Source: a virus
Taxonomy: Duplodnaviria; Caudoviricetes
Direction: 5' to 3' (one strand)
Virus record (IMG/VR): IMGVR_UViG_2616644925_000001
Coordinates: 28,537-92,536 of that record
Length of the DNA stretch: 64,000 nucleotides
In this document: positions 29,405 to 37,391 of the stretch, piece after piece
Layout of the letters: each line of letters begins with the position of its first letter
How positions within the stretch are numbered: the first letter of the stretch is position 1
Translations under genes and position numbers: made by a program
The notes under the pieces: generated by a model
Told to the model about the DNA's origin: nothing
Databases searched by the model: none
Seen by the model: only the letters and a program-made list of their open reading frames with translations

Positions 29405-29689
29405 TCAGAACAGTCTATTGATAAAACTCTCCTCCGGAATGTCACTTGCCGCACTGGCGTCGCGAATTATCTGGATTTGAGCTGGCGTTAGCTGCTCATC
29501 ATCGGGCTGATATGTCGGCAGATAATTATCGGCTAACGTTCTCAGCGCAAGATGCGCAACCTCGGTTTGGCTCAGGCCCAGCCCACTCATCAGCAAGTTC
29601 ATTGTATCTTCGCTGACTCCTGTAGGTGAGTCCTGACGTTTTAATCTGAACAAAAAGCTATGTACTTGTTTTTCAGTTGAATTTTGCAT
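29405..29689 (-). CDS. Putative antitoxin
   Basis: 94 aa with an acidic C-terminus, immediately upstream of the toxin. Confidence 0.6.
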   Translation of the reverse strand: MQNSTEKQVHSFLFRLKRQDSPTGVSEDTMNLLMSGLGLSQTEVAHLALRTLADNYLPTYQPDDEQLTPAQIQIIRDASAASDIPEESFINRLF

Positions 29690-30210
29690 TGTGTTACTCC
29701 GATATCTTTTAGATCAATAAGCGGGCAGCTTGCTCAAAAGGGAAAAGAAATAAAACGCTTTTGAGGCCGTTATCACGCTTAGACAGTCAGACGTTGCGCC
29801 AGACTTATATCTTATTGGCAGGTGTTATTGATGCTATTGCTGCATCAAGTACCCTGATGTGAAGAGGTGCCTGCATTGCCATGCGGACACCTCTTATGTG
29901 CTGGGAACAACTTATGTCCTCACTATCCAATCCACTCATCATCTCAATTTCAAAATTCATACAATTTCTCACAAGTAAGGTTTCACAGTTCCTATAGGGT
30001 TTCTGATTCAGCTTTACAATTATTTAATTCTACGATTTACAGTTCTACGATTTACAGTTCAAAGAATACTAATATTCCACTTGCAATATATCAAAAGTAT
30101 ATCATCTCGTCAATACATTGATATAGATTTGATATACATGCAAAGGATCTAAGACCATCACAATTCATTCACAATTTGTTATCACGTTACAGCGTAACTC
30201 TGTGAATCGC

Positions 30211-30801
30211 TTACACCAGTTTCCAGTCGCTTGCGAGAAGATCCGTTGAGGCTGGCGCCCAGTCGGAGACAGTCAGCTTTTCTGTATCAACGAGCAAAAG
30301 CTGGGGCATCTGAGTTACGGCCACATCCTGGCTGCAATCAAAGTAGCGGGCCGGTACACCGTATATATCAGAACCGTTCAATGCTGCGCGTGTCAGCCCT
30401 CTGGTGAGGTGCAGATAAACACCCTTCCCCCATGCTGCCCGCGCCACTTTACAGCCCTCTGATAGCCACAGCTGGGCGACGGCCAGTGGTGCTTGCTCCT
30501 GCCTGAAATTTAGTTCGCCCTTCTCAATCAGCGCTTCATTGCGCAGAATCAGATCATTCAGCTTAATCAGCGCGGCACAGGCGGCGTGGTTCAACGTTTC
30601 ACCATAACCGGTCATTGTGAGGCCACTTTTGCTGATAACGGCTGCGTATCCGTCAGTTTTGGTCTCAGACGTCTCTGTAATGGTGTATCCCAGGCGGGCA
30701 ATGACAGCCAGCAGCGCCATGTAATCACCTGCATAGTCTGCTTCTGCGTCTGCAATCATGGCGATGGTTGAATTTAACTGTTGAGCGGTCATCATTATCA
30801 A
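30211..30801 (-). CDS. ABA-sandwich-like domain fused to a DUF2829/Tad2-like domain
   Basis: C-terminal GCKVARAAWGKGVYL...WAPASTDLLASDW; N-terminal YAGD...GET..HAACAAL. Confidence 0.7.
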   Translation of the reverse strand: MIMMTAQQLNSTIAMIADAEADYAGDYMALLAVIARLGYTITETSETKTDGYAAVISKSGLTMTGYGETLNHAACAALIKLNDLILRNEALIEKGELNFRQEQAPLAVAQLWLSEGCKVARAAWGKGVYLHLTRGLTRAALNGSDIYGVPARYFDCSQDVAVTQMPQLLLVDTEKLTVSDWAPASTDLLASDWKLV

Positions 30802-31073
30802 TAGCCTCGTTTCTGCGCTGCCTGTCTCTGTTTTTTCACGTCAGGAATGTTTGTGGCCAGACGACATATTCCCTGCTCGATGTCTTCCTGCAGGGGTGGC
30901 CAGTTCTCATTCACCAGCAACGTTCTCACCTGCGGGACCGGAACGGTCGGCGGACGGCGGGCAACCCAGCTGAGACTTCCCATAATTGCGCCCATCAGAG
31001 CGATCTTCTTCATGCGTTTTCTCTTCCTGCAGGCGTGCAGAATCCCCGGCAGGCGCCGGTGATCAAAGTTCAC
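30798..31073 (-). CDS. Hypothetical protein
   Basis: Overlaps the next gene by 4 nt; start uncertain (possibly MKKIAL). Confidence 0.5.
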   Translation of the reverse strand: MNFDHRRLPGILHACRKRKRMKKIALMGAIMGSLSWVARRPPTVPVPQVRTLLVNENWPPLQEDIEQGICRLATNIPDVKKQRQAAQKRGY

Positions 31074-31147
31074 CTGGTTAAATCCGGCGTGGGATACGCA
31101 CGGCGGTAATTTGAAGCCTGCGCCGGCGCGTGGCCGGGTGGCTATAA

Positions 31148-31253
31148 TGGTATTGTGCTGCCCGGATTCGAACCGGCTACCGTCCGTCTGTCCCCATCAG
31201 GCCTTACGGCTATTTAATGGAACGGCGGTTGCTTCCGTTAAGCGGCAACACAA
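31148..31253 (-). ncRNA. tRNA-like module with expanded anticodon arm
   Basis: TTGTGTTG/CAGCACAA acceptor, GCTT-AACGG-AAGC D-arm, CCGG-TTCGAAT-CCGG T-arm, 3' ACCA; ~50-nt hairpin replaces the anticodon arm. Confidence 0.7.
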
Positions 31254-31289
31254 CGGTAAAAGCACATTGCAGGCGCTCTTACCTGTTGT
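31250..31289 (-). ncRNA. Conserved closing stem (CAACAGGTAAGAGC/GCTTTTACCGTTG)
   Basis: Inverted repeat; related stems at 31620 and 32296. Confidence 0.6.
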
Positions 31290-31485
31290 CCTGTCTCAGC
31301 ATGCCACCAGTTGCGCGATCAGCCATTTGTGACCGGCAAACAGTCCTGCATTAAGCAGGCAGTGAAACATGACAAACTGCATGGCTCTCATAGTCTTCGT
31401 GTAGTTGCTGTCACTCATGCGTTCTGCATCCGGATAAACTGACTGTATGACACTGATGATGCCTGATATGTCAGGTAAAGCGTTA

Positions 31486-31625
31486 GTGGTGGCCGGTGCC
31501 ATACCCGGCAAATAACCTCTCAAGTGACTGGTCAACCTGGTTACTGGCGGCTTTAACCCCTGTGTACGCGACTGAGGATGCGGGGGCCAGTCTTGCGATC
31601 GCAGCAGCAACTGCGAATGCACCAC
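31486..31625 (-). ncRNA. tRNA-shaped module with long insert
   Basis: GTGGTG/CACCAC terminal stem, TCGCAG..CTGCGA hairpin, GCCGG-GTATGGCA-CCGGC T-like hairpin. Confidence 0.6.
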
Positions 31626-31763
31626 AACGGAGAGAGCACTGCATTTGACCACCTTACGCCGCGTGTCCCGTAACGTTGCCTTTGCGACCTTACTACTTTG
31701 CCGCCAGGGGAAGTTACACAGGGGCAGGCCATATATCCGGCGCAATGCTCTTTCCTGTTGGTG
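31620..31763 (-). ncRNA. Conserved closing stem with ~100-nt insert
   Basis: CAACAGGAAAGAGCATTGC ... GCAGTGCTCTCTCCGTTG. Confidence 0.6.
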
Positions 31764-31767
31764 TGAC

Positions 31768-31896
31768 TTATTTGCGGCGCTTCTGCTTCCTGCCGCCTCT
31801 TACCGCCTTGATGAATGTCTCGATGGCATAGATGGCCACCAGCGCATAAATCAAAGTGAGAAATGGGTGCTCTGCAGCAAACTCTGATAACGACAT
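31768..31896 (-). CDS. 42-aa membrane peptide with basic tail
   Basis: MSLSEFAAEHPFLTLIYALVAIYAIETFIKAVRGGRKQKRRK; AAGGA RBS. Confidence 0.6.
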   Translation of the reverse strand: MSLSEFAAEHPFLTLIYALVAIYAIETFIKAVRGGRKQKRRK

Positions 31897-32295
31897 ATTG
31901 CGTCCTTCGTGGAGGAATGCTGTCTCTTCCAGCAGTCAGAACTAAACGCCCAGGCGCTCAACCCGTGATGGCAACAACCTATTCGCTGGCTGGTACATTC
32001 TGTGTTGACCGGATAACCAAATAGACGAGAAGGAAATAAAACGCCCAGGCTCCGCACCCACATGTCCCAAATGCCCCACTTTCGGCCACCAGCAGGGATC
32101 GCTGGCATATCGTTACTGGCCGGGCTCAATAGGGTTGCTGTGACCGTTTCCCGTTAGCGCGATTGTTCACTGAGGCGGGACTTAAACCCGCTTTGCTTTC
32201 GCAGCCCATCGCTGACCGCCCGTGTTAATTCACAGGCAAGGCTTTCGCCCCGTGGATTCCGGATCCACAACTCCTACGGTGTGTTAAAGCGATCA

Positions 32296-32373
32296 CCACA
32301 ACGGCCGAGAACACTGAGCAACCACGCGCCGGGTGCTCGTTTAAGTCACCCTACAGTGTCCTCGCCGTTATGG
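32296..32373 (-). ncRNA. Conserved closing stem with insert
   Basis: CCATAACGGCGAGGACACTG ... CAGTGTTCTCGGCCGTTGTGG. Confidence 0.55.
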
Positions 32374-32482
32374 GCTGGACTTTCCCAGCAGTCACGGCGT
32401 GTTGAGGCCTGCCGATACCCTGCCCCGCCACCAGCCAAATTAGCCAGTAAACAGGGCATCGCCTGGTGTTGACGTGTAGTGC

Positions 32483-32600
32483 ATGGGGGGCTGGTGCCTC
32501 CAGCTGTCCGATACGGAACCTACGGACGAGCATAGAACAGGAATTTGCACACCGATAGGTGATTGTTCCGGCCCGCGTGCGCATAGCCGCATTCCCCCAT
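32483..32600 (-). ncRNA. tRNA-shaped module with long insert
   Basis: ATGGGGG/CCCCCAT 7-bp stem, AATGCGGCTATGCGCA D-like arm, GCTGG-AGGCA-CCAGC T-like hairpin. Confidence 0.6.
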
Positions 32601-32678
32601 TTGTGAGCGCGCTGACAGAGGTAATCTTTCGCCAAACGCCAGGTAAAACGACAGAAGCACCAGCGCGCTCACAAATGG
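32597..32678 (-). ncRNA. Perfect 18-bp stem with 46-nt loop
   Basis: CCATTTGTGAGCGCGCTG / CAGCGCGCTCACAAATGG. Confidence 0.65.
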
Positions 32679-32850
32679 TGATCCCTTACGAGGATCAGGC
32701 GGGAGCATGTTTAAGCCTCATGGGGCGTTCTATGCGCGGGATTAGTCCATCAACCGCGTTCACTGCCATGACAGGAGGGGCTACTTGCCGTTCACCCTAC
32801 TCATAACACGCCCGGAAAAAGCTAATAACCGGGGGCGGCCCGTTACGAAC

Positions 32851-32923
32851 TGGTGCATGGGGCCGGATTTGAACCGGCGGCGGACTTAACACCTTCTGCG
32901 TTCGGCCTCTTCGCTACCCATGC
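32851..32923 (-). ncRNA. tRNA-like RNA with collapsed anticodon arm (73 nt)
   Basis: GCATGGG/CCCATGC acceptor + ACCA, TA-GCG..GG..CGC D-arm, GCCGG-TTCAAAT-CCGGC T-arm; no pairable anticodon stem. Confidence 0.75.
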
Positions 32924-32925
32924 TG

Positions 32926-33051
32926 AATACTTGCCGGTGCATACCCGGCGCGGACACTTAGGTATCTGGTCAACCTGTCCGCTTGCGTCACGTATGAGGT
33001 CAGGAAACCTCGCCAGATTTGCAGTGCGTTTGCCTCGCTTGCTAAAGCGTT
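32926..33051 (-). ncRNA. tRNA-shaped module with long insert
   Basis: AACGCTT/AAGTATT stem, TAGC..GG..GCA D-like arm, GCCGG-GTATGCA-CCGGC; paralogous to 31486-31625. Confidence 0.55.
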
Positions 33052-33100
33052 TTCCCCGTTTCAGCCGTCAGCACACCCTGATGCACTCAAGGCTGAACCT

Positions 33101-33127
33101 GAAAAAAAGCCCGGAAACTACCGGGCC
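33101..33127 (-). terminator. Intrinsic terminator in the array leader
   Basis: GCCCGG-TAGTTT-CCGGGC-TTTTTTT. Confidence 0.7.
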
Positions 33128-33304
33128 AAAAACCCTACTACACACAGCAAAGCCTACTCTGGAATAGACTCTGATTTGTGAAAAAAGAGCGGATTAAACA
33201 GACAGTTATGAGTAATCCGCCAAATGCCTATTATGAATATTGCACGGAGCCGTTAAGCCCTTGTCAGCGGGGAGAAATGTACACAATGCAGAGTAATGAA
33301 GCAA

Positions 33305-33334
33305 TGAAAATCTAAGAAATTTCTTAGATTTTCA
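33305..33334. promoter_or_regulatory. Perfect 30-bp palindrome, putative C1 operator/promoter
   Basis: TGAAAATCTAAGAAA|TTTCTTAGATTTTCA. Confidence 0.65.
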
Positions 33335-33351
33335 AAGCATCTCAAAAAGGG

Positions 33352-34641
33352 TTAGCGCCGCTTTATCTTAGGGTTCTTGATGTTCTCGATGTCACCATTC
33401 ACTTGCGCCCATTTAATGCACCAGCTGTTTATTGCTGCGCGGATCTCATTCACTGATACCTCACTTAGCCCCTTCACTTTCGCCAGTTGGTCAGGCAGTT
33501 CGCCACCAGCATCTGCAACAGTCTCATACCCGGCTTTAATCAGTGCGTTAAGGACGCGTGTCGGTATGGCCAGCTCGGAAACAGGCGCAGCTTTGCCGTC
33601 CTGAATGCGCTGGTGAAGACGTGGGAAATCCTGCGCCAGGCGCTTCATGATCAGTGTGTGCAGCTCGTCATTGATAGTCGTGTCCCACATAGGTACGAGC
33701 TCCGGCAGCAGGCGGAATACAGGGTTTCCCCATATTCCCGGCACCACGTCCATAGCCAGCATCATCGCTGTGCGGATTTGAAAATGAAAATCAGCTGTCT
33801 CGATCGAGATATCGCGGATACCGTGGAAAACGCTAAGCCCAAAGTGGAAGTTGTAGATGTAGCAGCCCACGTCGCCGGTGCCGTCCGGCAGCTGAAGCAG
33901 GAACTGCCGCACGTCTTCCCGGCCATCGTGGAAATCGACGCGTTCCTTAAGGTGGTTGTAAAGAGCGGTCGTCTTCATCAGATCATTGGCCGTCGCGGCG
34001 CGCTGGCGGCGCTCTTCTCCGACAACCTTATCCGCAATGTTGAGTTTACTCTGCAGCTCCTGTCGTTTGCTGCTGTCTTTCTTGCGATCGGCGCGCATCT
34101 GCGAAATGGTTTTGTCACGCTCATTCAGATCACGCGCCAGGCGCTCAGGATTTTTACGTCGATACTGGGTGTATTCCTGCGTCATTGTGGCAATGGCCAG
34201 CTGCGCGGTTGTAAGGGCTGATCTCACCCCCTCCAGCTGGTTCTCTGCGTTTATTACGCGGTTGTCCGCCTCCAGCACCTGAAGATTAGCCGCCTCGCGT
34301 GCCTCTTCGATGGCGTTCTCTGCATCGAGACGGATTTGCGCTACTTCACTCTGCAAAGCGGACTGGGCGCTTAGCTGCTGCTGCGCCTGCTCCAGCGTTT
34401 CAAGCATCAGGTTGTACGTGTCAGTTTCATGATTAAGGCGCATGCCAATATCAATCTGGATCTGCTCCAGCGCGTTCGTGCAGTTATCAAGAAGGCGCTG
34501 CTCCAGGTCATCGAGCGTCAGGCGTTTGCGGATGGAATTAAGCTGACCGTAAGCGGTGACAAAGGCCTGGTGAAGAACTTCGTCATCGACTTTGCATAAA
34601 GGGAGATTTTGCAGCTGTTGGAGTGGAGCGAGAGTAGTCAT
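33352..34641 (-). CDS. pdcB: PdcB-like coiled-coil protein with C-terminal alpha-CTD-like HhH domain
   Basis: R.TLDDL..RLLDN resembles P1 PdcB; synteny; VSELAIPTRVLNALIKAGYETV..LAKVKGL. Confidence 0.65.
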   Translation of the reverse strand: MTTLAPLQQLQNLPLCKVDDEVLHQAFVTAYGQLNSIRKRLTLDDLEQRLLDNCTNALEQIQIDIGMRLNHETDTYNLMLETLEQAQQQLSAQSALQSEVAQIRLDAENAIEEAREAANLQVLEADNRVINAENQLEGVRSALTTAQLAIATMTQEYTQYRRKNPERLARDLNERDKTISQMRADRKKDSSKRQELQSKLNIADKVVGEERRQRAATANDLMKTTALYNHLKERVDFHDGREDVRQFLLQLPDGTGDVGCYIYNFHFGLSVFHGIRDISIETADFHFQIRTAMMLAMDVVPGIWGNPVFRLLPELVPMWDTTINDELHTLIMKRLAQDFPRLHQRIQDGKAAPVSELAIPTRVLNALIKAGYETVADAGGELPDQLAKVKGLSEVSVNEIRAAINSWCIKWAQVNGDIENIKNPKIKRR

Positions 34642-34781
34642 ATTGAGAATCAGATCCGCATGTTATTTGCGGAGAATGATAACTCGAAATTAACCACTGT
34701 CTAAGATTTTTCTTAGATTTGATTAAATGATTAGGCTGGGTTGCTGGTAGCGTTGTCTCGGACTCAGCCACCAGCAGAGGA

Positions 34782-35081
34782 TTACAGTAGTTTCAGCGCC
34801 GTTACGGCTATGGCGGCGACAGTGACAATCATCAGTACATTCAGCAGTACTGACGGCACTTTAATCTCGCCGGTCTCATACTCTGCCTGCGTCATCCTGC
34901 CCAGGTAGCTGTGTGAGATCAGCACTGCGTTTTCGTCAAAGCTCAGCGTAGCCCGAACGTTCTCCAGCGCCTGGCGAGATATCTGACGTGTGGCCAGCTG
35001 CACGACTCCGGATCGCATCTTCCCGTTGTCGCCCATGTAGCAGACCGTATGGTAGTGGTATGGCTTACCCTGCCCCATCAA
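34782..35081 (-). CDS. Hypothetical protein with C-terminal TM helix
   Basis: LISHSYLGRMTQAEY; hydrophobic tail. Confidence 0.65.
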   Translation of the reverse strand: MMGQGKPYHYHTVCYMGDNGKMRSGVVQLATRQISRQALENVRATLSFDENAVLISHSYLGRMTQAEYETGEIKVPSVLLNVLMIVTVAAIAVTALKLL

Positions 35082-35596
35082 CTGATAACTACCCAGTCGC
35101 TGACGCGCATATCGTTAATGCTCAGATCGTGAATCTCAACGCCGCCGTCCGGTCGGGTCAGCATCAGCACATCACAGCCTTCATGCTCCTGCTCCAGCGA
35201 CACAAAGTAACCCACCTCCCACGCTTCCCGCCGCATCAGCAATTCTGGATCCTCTTTCATTTTCAGCAAGGCGCGGTCATAGCTGCACGTAATGGCACCG
35301 ATTCCAATTTTGTTCAAACCTTCAATCTGTGCCGTAGTCATGCGTCCGCGTCCCTCTGTTAATGATTTTCTCAAGATGTAACTGATCCCCTTCACGCCGC
35401 CGAAATAGTTCAGCTGGCGGTTACTCATGCCGCTGCGCGACATAAGCTCCTGTTTCGGTACTCTGAAAATGCCGACGTCCATAGCCATGTCGGCAAAAAC
35501 CGAAAGCCCCCGGCCCAAGCCGTCACGCGTTTTTTTACGGCGCGCATACTGCTCAAAGGTCGGGCATCCGGTAAAAAACTGCGCGTCAAAAAGCAC
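35078..35596 (-). CDS. Protein with C-terminal DUF2829/Tad2-like domain
   Basis: YDRAL..MK....MRREAW..GYFV...LSINDMRVSDWVV. Confidence 0.6.
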   Translation of the reverse strand: MLFDAQFFTGCPTFEQYARRKKTRDGLGRGLSVFADMAMDVGIFRVPKQELMSRSGMSNRQLNYFGGVKGISYILRKSLTEGRGRMTTAQIEGLNKIGIGAITCSYDRALLKMKEDPELLMRREAWEVGYFVSLEQEHEGCDVLMLTRPDGGVEIHDLSINDMRVSDWVVIS

Positions 35597-36187
35597 TTAT
35601 TCGCTCCAGAAAACGTCATTCTCATGCGCTGGCATTACTTCGCCTGCTTTGAGAACTGCGTATTGCTCTATCACGCTGATCGTCTCTTCAGGTGAAAATG
35701 ATAAAAGAACGTAATACCCCTGCGCTTTCAGGCGACGCAACCACGTCAGCTGATACTCAGAAGGCATATTCTTACCGTGTTTCTGCTCTACCCGCATTCC
35801 GTGATAGATGCCTGCCGGTATTTCCAGGGACATATCCGGAACGCCCCGCTTTGCGCCTTCAGCCTCGATCGCTGCGGCGGTCGCCTTTAAGCGAAATCCT
35901 CCGTTTGGTACGGCATACAGATGGTCATAAATAACCCTGTTGTGACGGTAAAAATGGTCAAAGATTCGAACCTGATCGTAATGCTCTTGCTTGCCTTTGC
36001 GCAGATCGGGATTTTTGACGAGAGCGGCCAGCGCTTTTGCGTGAACCGATATTTCAATAACTGCCGCTAACCAGGCAGAGGCTTTGCCGGATTTTACCGA
36101 CGCTCCGCCAGCAGATTTAACAGCTGCTTTGGTGCGGGTTTTTTGGTTTTTTTTATAGGAGTGCAACCACTCTTCACTGAAGCGCAT
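35597..36187 (-). CDS. lxr: VRR-NUC nuclease (P1 Lxr-like)
   Basis: HAKALAAL.KNPDLR, VPNGG.R, G...GVPDM, YHGMRVE.K, Q..W.RRL; start at MRFSEE. Confidence 0.7.
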   Translation of the reverse strand: MRFSEEWLHSYKKNQKTRTKAAVKSAGGASVKSGKASAWLAAVIEISVHAKALAALVKNPDLRKGKQEHYDQVRIFDHFYRHNRVIYDHLYAVPNGGFRLKATAAAIEAEGAKRGVPDMSLEIPAGIYHGMRVEQKHGKNMPSEYQLTWLRRLKAQGYYVLLSFSPEETISVIEQYAVLKAGEVMPAHENDVFWSE

Positions 36188-36323
36188 ATCCGAAATTGCC
36201 AACCGATGATTAATTAGTCTAAAAAGTGGATCTGCGTTGGGGGGTATTTTTAACGCTGAGACGGGAAAAAACAAGCCTGTAATCTACATCTTTGAAAGAT
36301 AGTTATTACAGGCAGTTATCATT

Positions 36324-36488
36324 TTACTGATGGGCCATCCACATGAACGCCAGGCTATAAATAATACCGAGCGTACTGAAGCAAAGCACGAAGAACCTGC
36401 CGATCACATTAGAAAAAGACGTGGCTTTTGCAGAAACAGCCTTGTTTGAGGTGGCATTAACAAAATCACGCTGCGCTAAATTATTCAT
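36324..36488 (-). CDS. 54-aa peptide with C-terminal TM helix
   Basis: MNNLAQRDF...GRFFVLCFSTLGIIYSLAFMWMAHQ; promoter TTGACG-17-TAGATT at 36633-36605. Confidence 0.55.
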   Translation of the reverse strand: MNNLAQRDFVNATSNKAVSAKATSFSNVIGRFFVLCFSTLGIIYSLAFMWMAHQ

Positions 36489-36642
36489 GGTATATTCTCT
36501 TTGTTTGGTGCAGGGGTGTACGTCGCCAAACTGAACCCCTGCAAAGTGAAAGCCCGGCCTTATGGTCGGGCTTTTTCTTTGTCGCAGCCTTAGCTGCTTA
36601 ATGCAATCTAAGGGTTTTCTAATTTAACGTCAATTAAAAACA

Positions 36643-36924
36643 CTACTTTTCGTCACTTTTCACCTGCGACAAGGCTTCACCGGCATTTTTGAGCCGATTT
36701 AACGCGTCTTGCAGTGCGGAAATCCAGCTGCTTTTATCCAGTTCCCGTACCCGCTTAACTCTCTCCTGTGTATAAGGATTAATCACCCAAACCCATGCTT
36801 CATGATCCTGGCGATTGCGCATCGTAAATACCCCGGTTGGGGGGTAAAAATTCAGCTCAGCACCATTGGCATAGGCATAGGCTTCCAGTTCCTCCAGCTT
36901 AAGGTACTTGTTCTCTCGCGGCAC
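36643..36924 (-). CDS. lxc: Lxc (Bof)-like C1 corepressor
   Basis: Size and darB-ulx-lxc position; weak similarity. Confidence 0.5.
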   Translation of the reverse strand: MPRENKYLKLEELEAYAYANGAELNFYPPTGVFTMRNRQDHEAWVWVINPYTQERVKRVRELDKSSWISALQDALNRLKNAGEALSQVKSDEK

Positions 36925-36932
36925 GGTGTCTC

Positions 36933-37361
36933 CTAAAATCTTCTTTTCTCTATGGATTCATCATAGCTGACGTACATGTAAGGTTCAGTATCATCCGCCG
37001 AAGGCATCACGGGAAGCAGATGTACCGCGCTGAATACGGCATCGTTTTCGGTACGGTCGTCAGCGTACAGGTGCGCAGCTATGACCGTAAGAGCGGGACG
37101 TGAAAGCGAGTATATTTCAGCTACATCGCTTTCGACTACCTGCCCAAATTTAGTAGTAGCATGTTCCAGCAATAACGTTTTGACGGCTGGCCACCACGGA
37201 CCAAATGCCCGGTAAGCAAACCTCGCACTGCTGACGCGTTTTACTAAATTTTCCAGATAGTTTACTAAAAACGCCTCTTCGGTTCGCCCGTCCAGCGCCA
37301 GCGGTAGCAGGCTCTCGATGTAGGTTTCGGTTGGCTTGATGGTATCAATGAGTGTCGTCAT
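36933..37361 (-). CDS. ulx: Ulx antirestriction accessory protein
   Basis: DTIKP..TY, YR.FGP.WP..K.LLLE, RPALT.IAA.LY match P1 Ulx. Confidence 0.85.
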   Translation of the reverse strand: MTTLIDTIKPTETYIESLLPLALDGRTEEAFLVNYLENLVKRVSSARFAYRAFGPWWPAVKTLLLEHATTKFGQVVESDVAEIYSLSRPALTVIAAHLYADDRTENDAVFSAVHLLPVMPSADDTEPYMYVSYDESIEKRRF

Positions 37362-37391
37362 ATTTGACGGCCCTTGCGGGCCGCTCCTGAA

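Noticed and set aside
30028-30060. 15-bp tandem duplication TTCTACGATTTACAG
   Set aside because: Only two copies in AT-rich intergenic DNA; likely slippage
31453-31482. Hammerhead ribozyme (CTGATGA plus hairpin)
   Set aside because: No GAAA after stem II, no clear stems I/III, and it lies opposite to the array strand
32851-32923. Functional tRNA gene
   Set aside because: Only 19 nt between the D and T arms and no pairable anticodon stem, so no identity can be assigned
31100-33210. CRISPR array or long ORFs (31296-31745, 31851-32129, 32351-32635, 32483-32806, 32853-33167)
   Set aside because: No identical repeats with regular spacers and no cas genes; the ORFs cross RNA stems and lack recognisable motifs. 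A 68-aa ORF at 31296-31502 remains possible but starts inside a T-like loop
33181-33290. HK022 put-like antiterminator
   Set aside because: Two stems and a U-tract are present, but the inter-stem spacing is too long to call from memory
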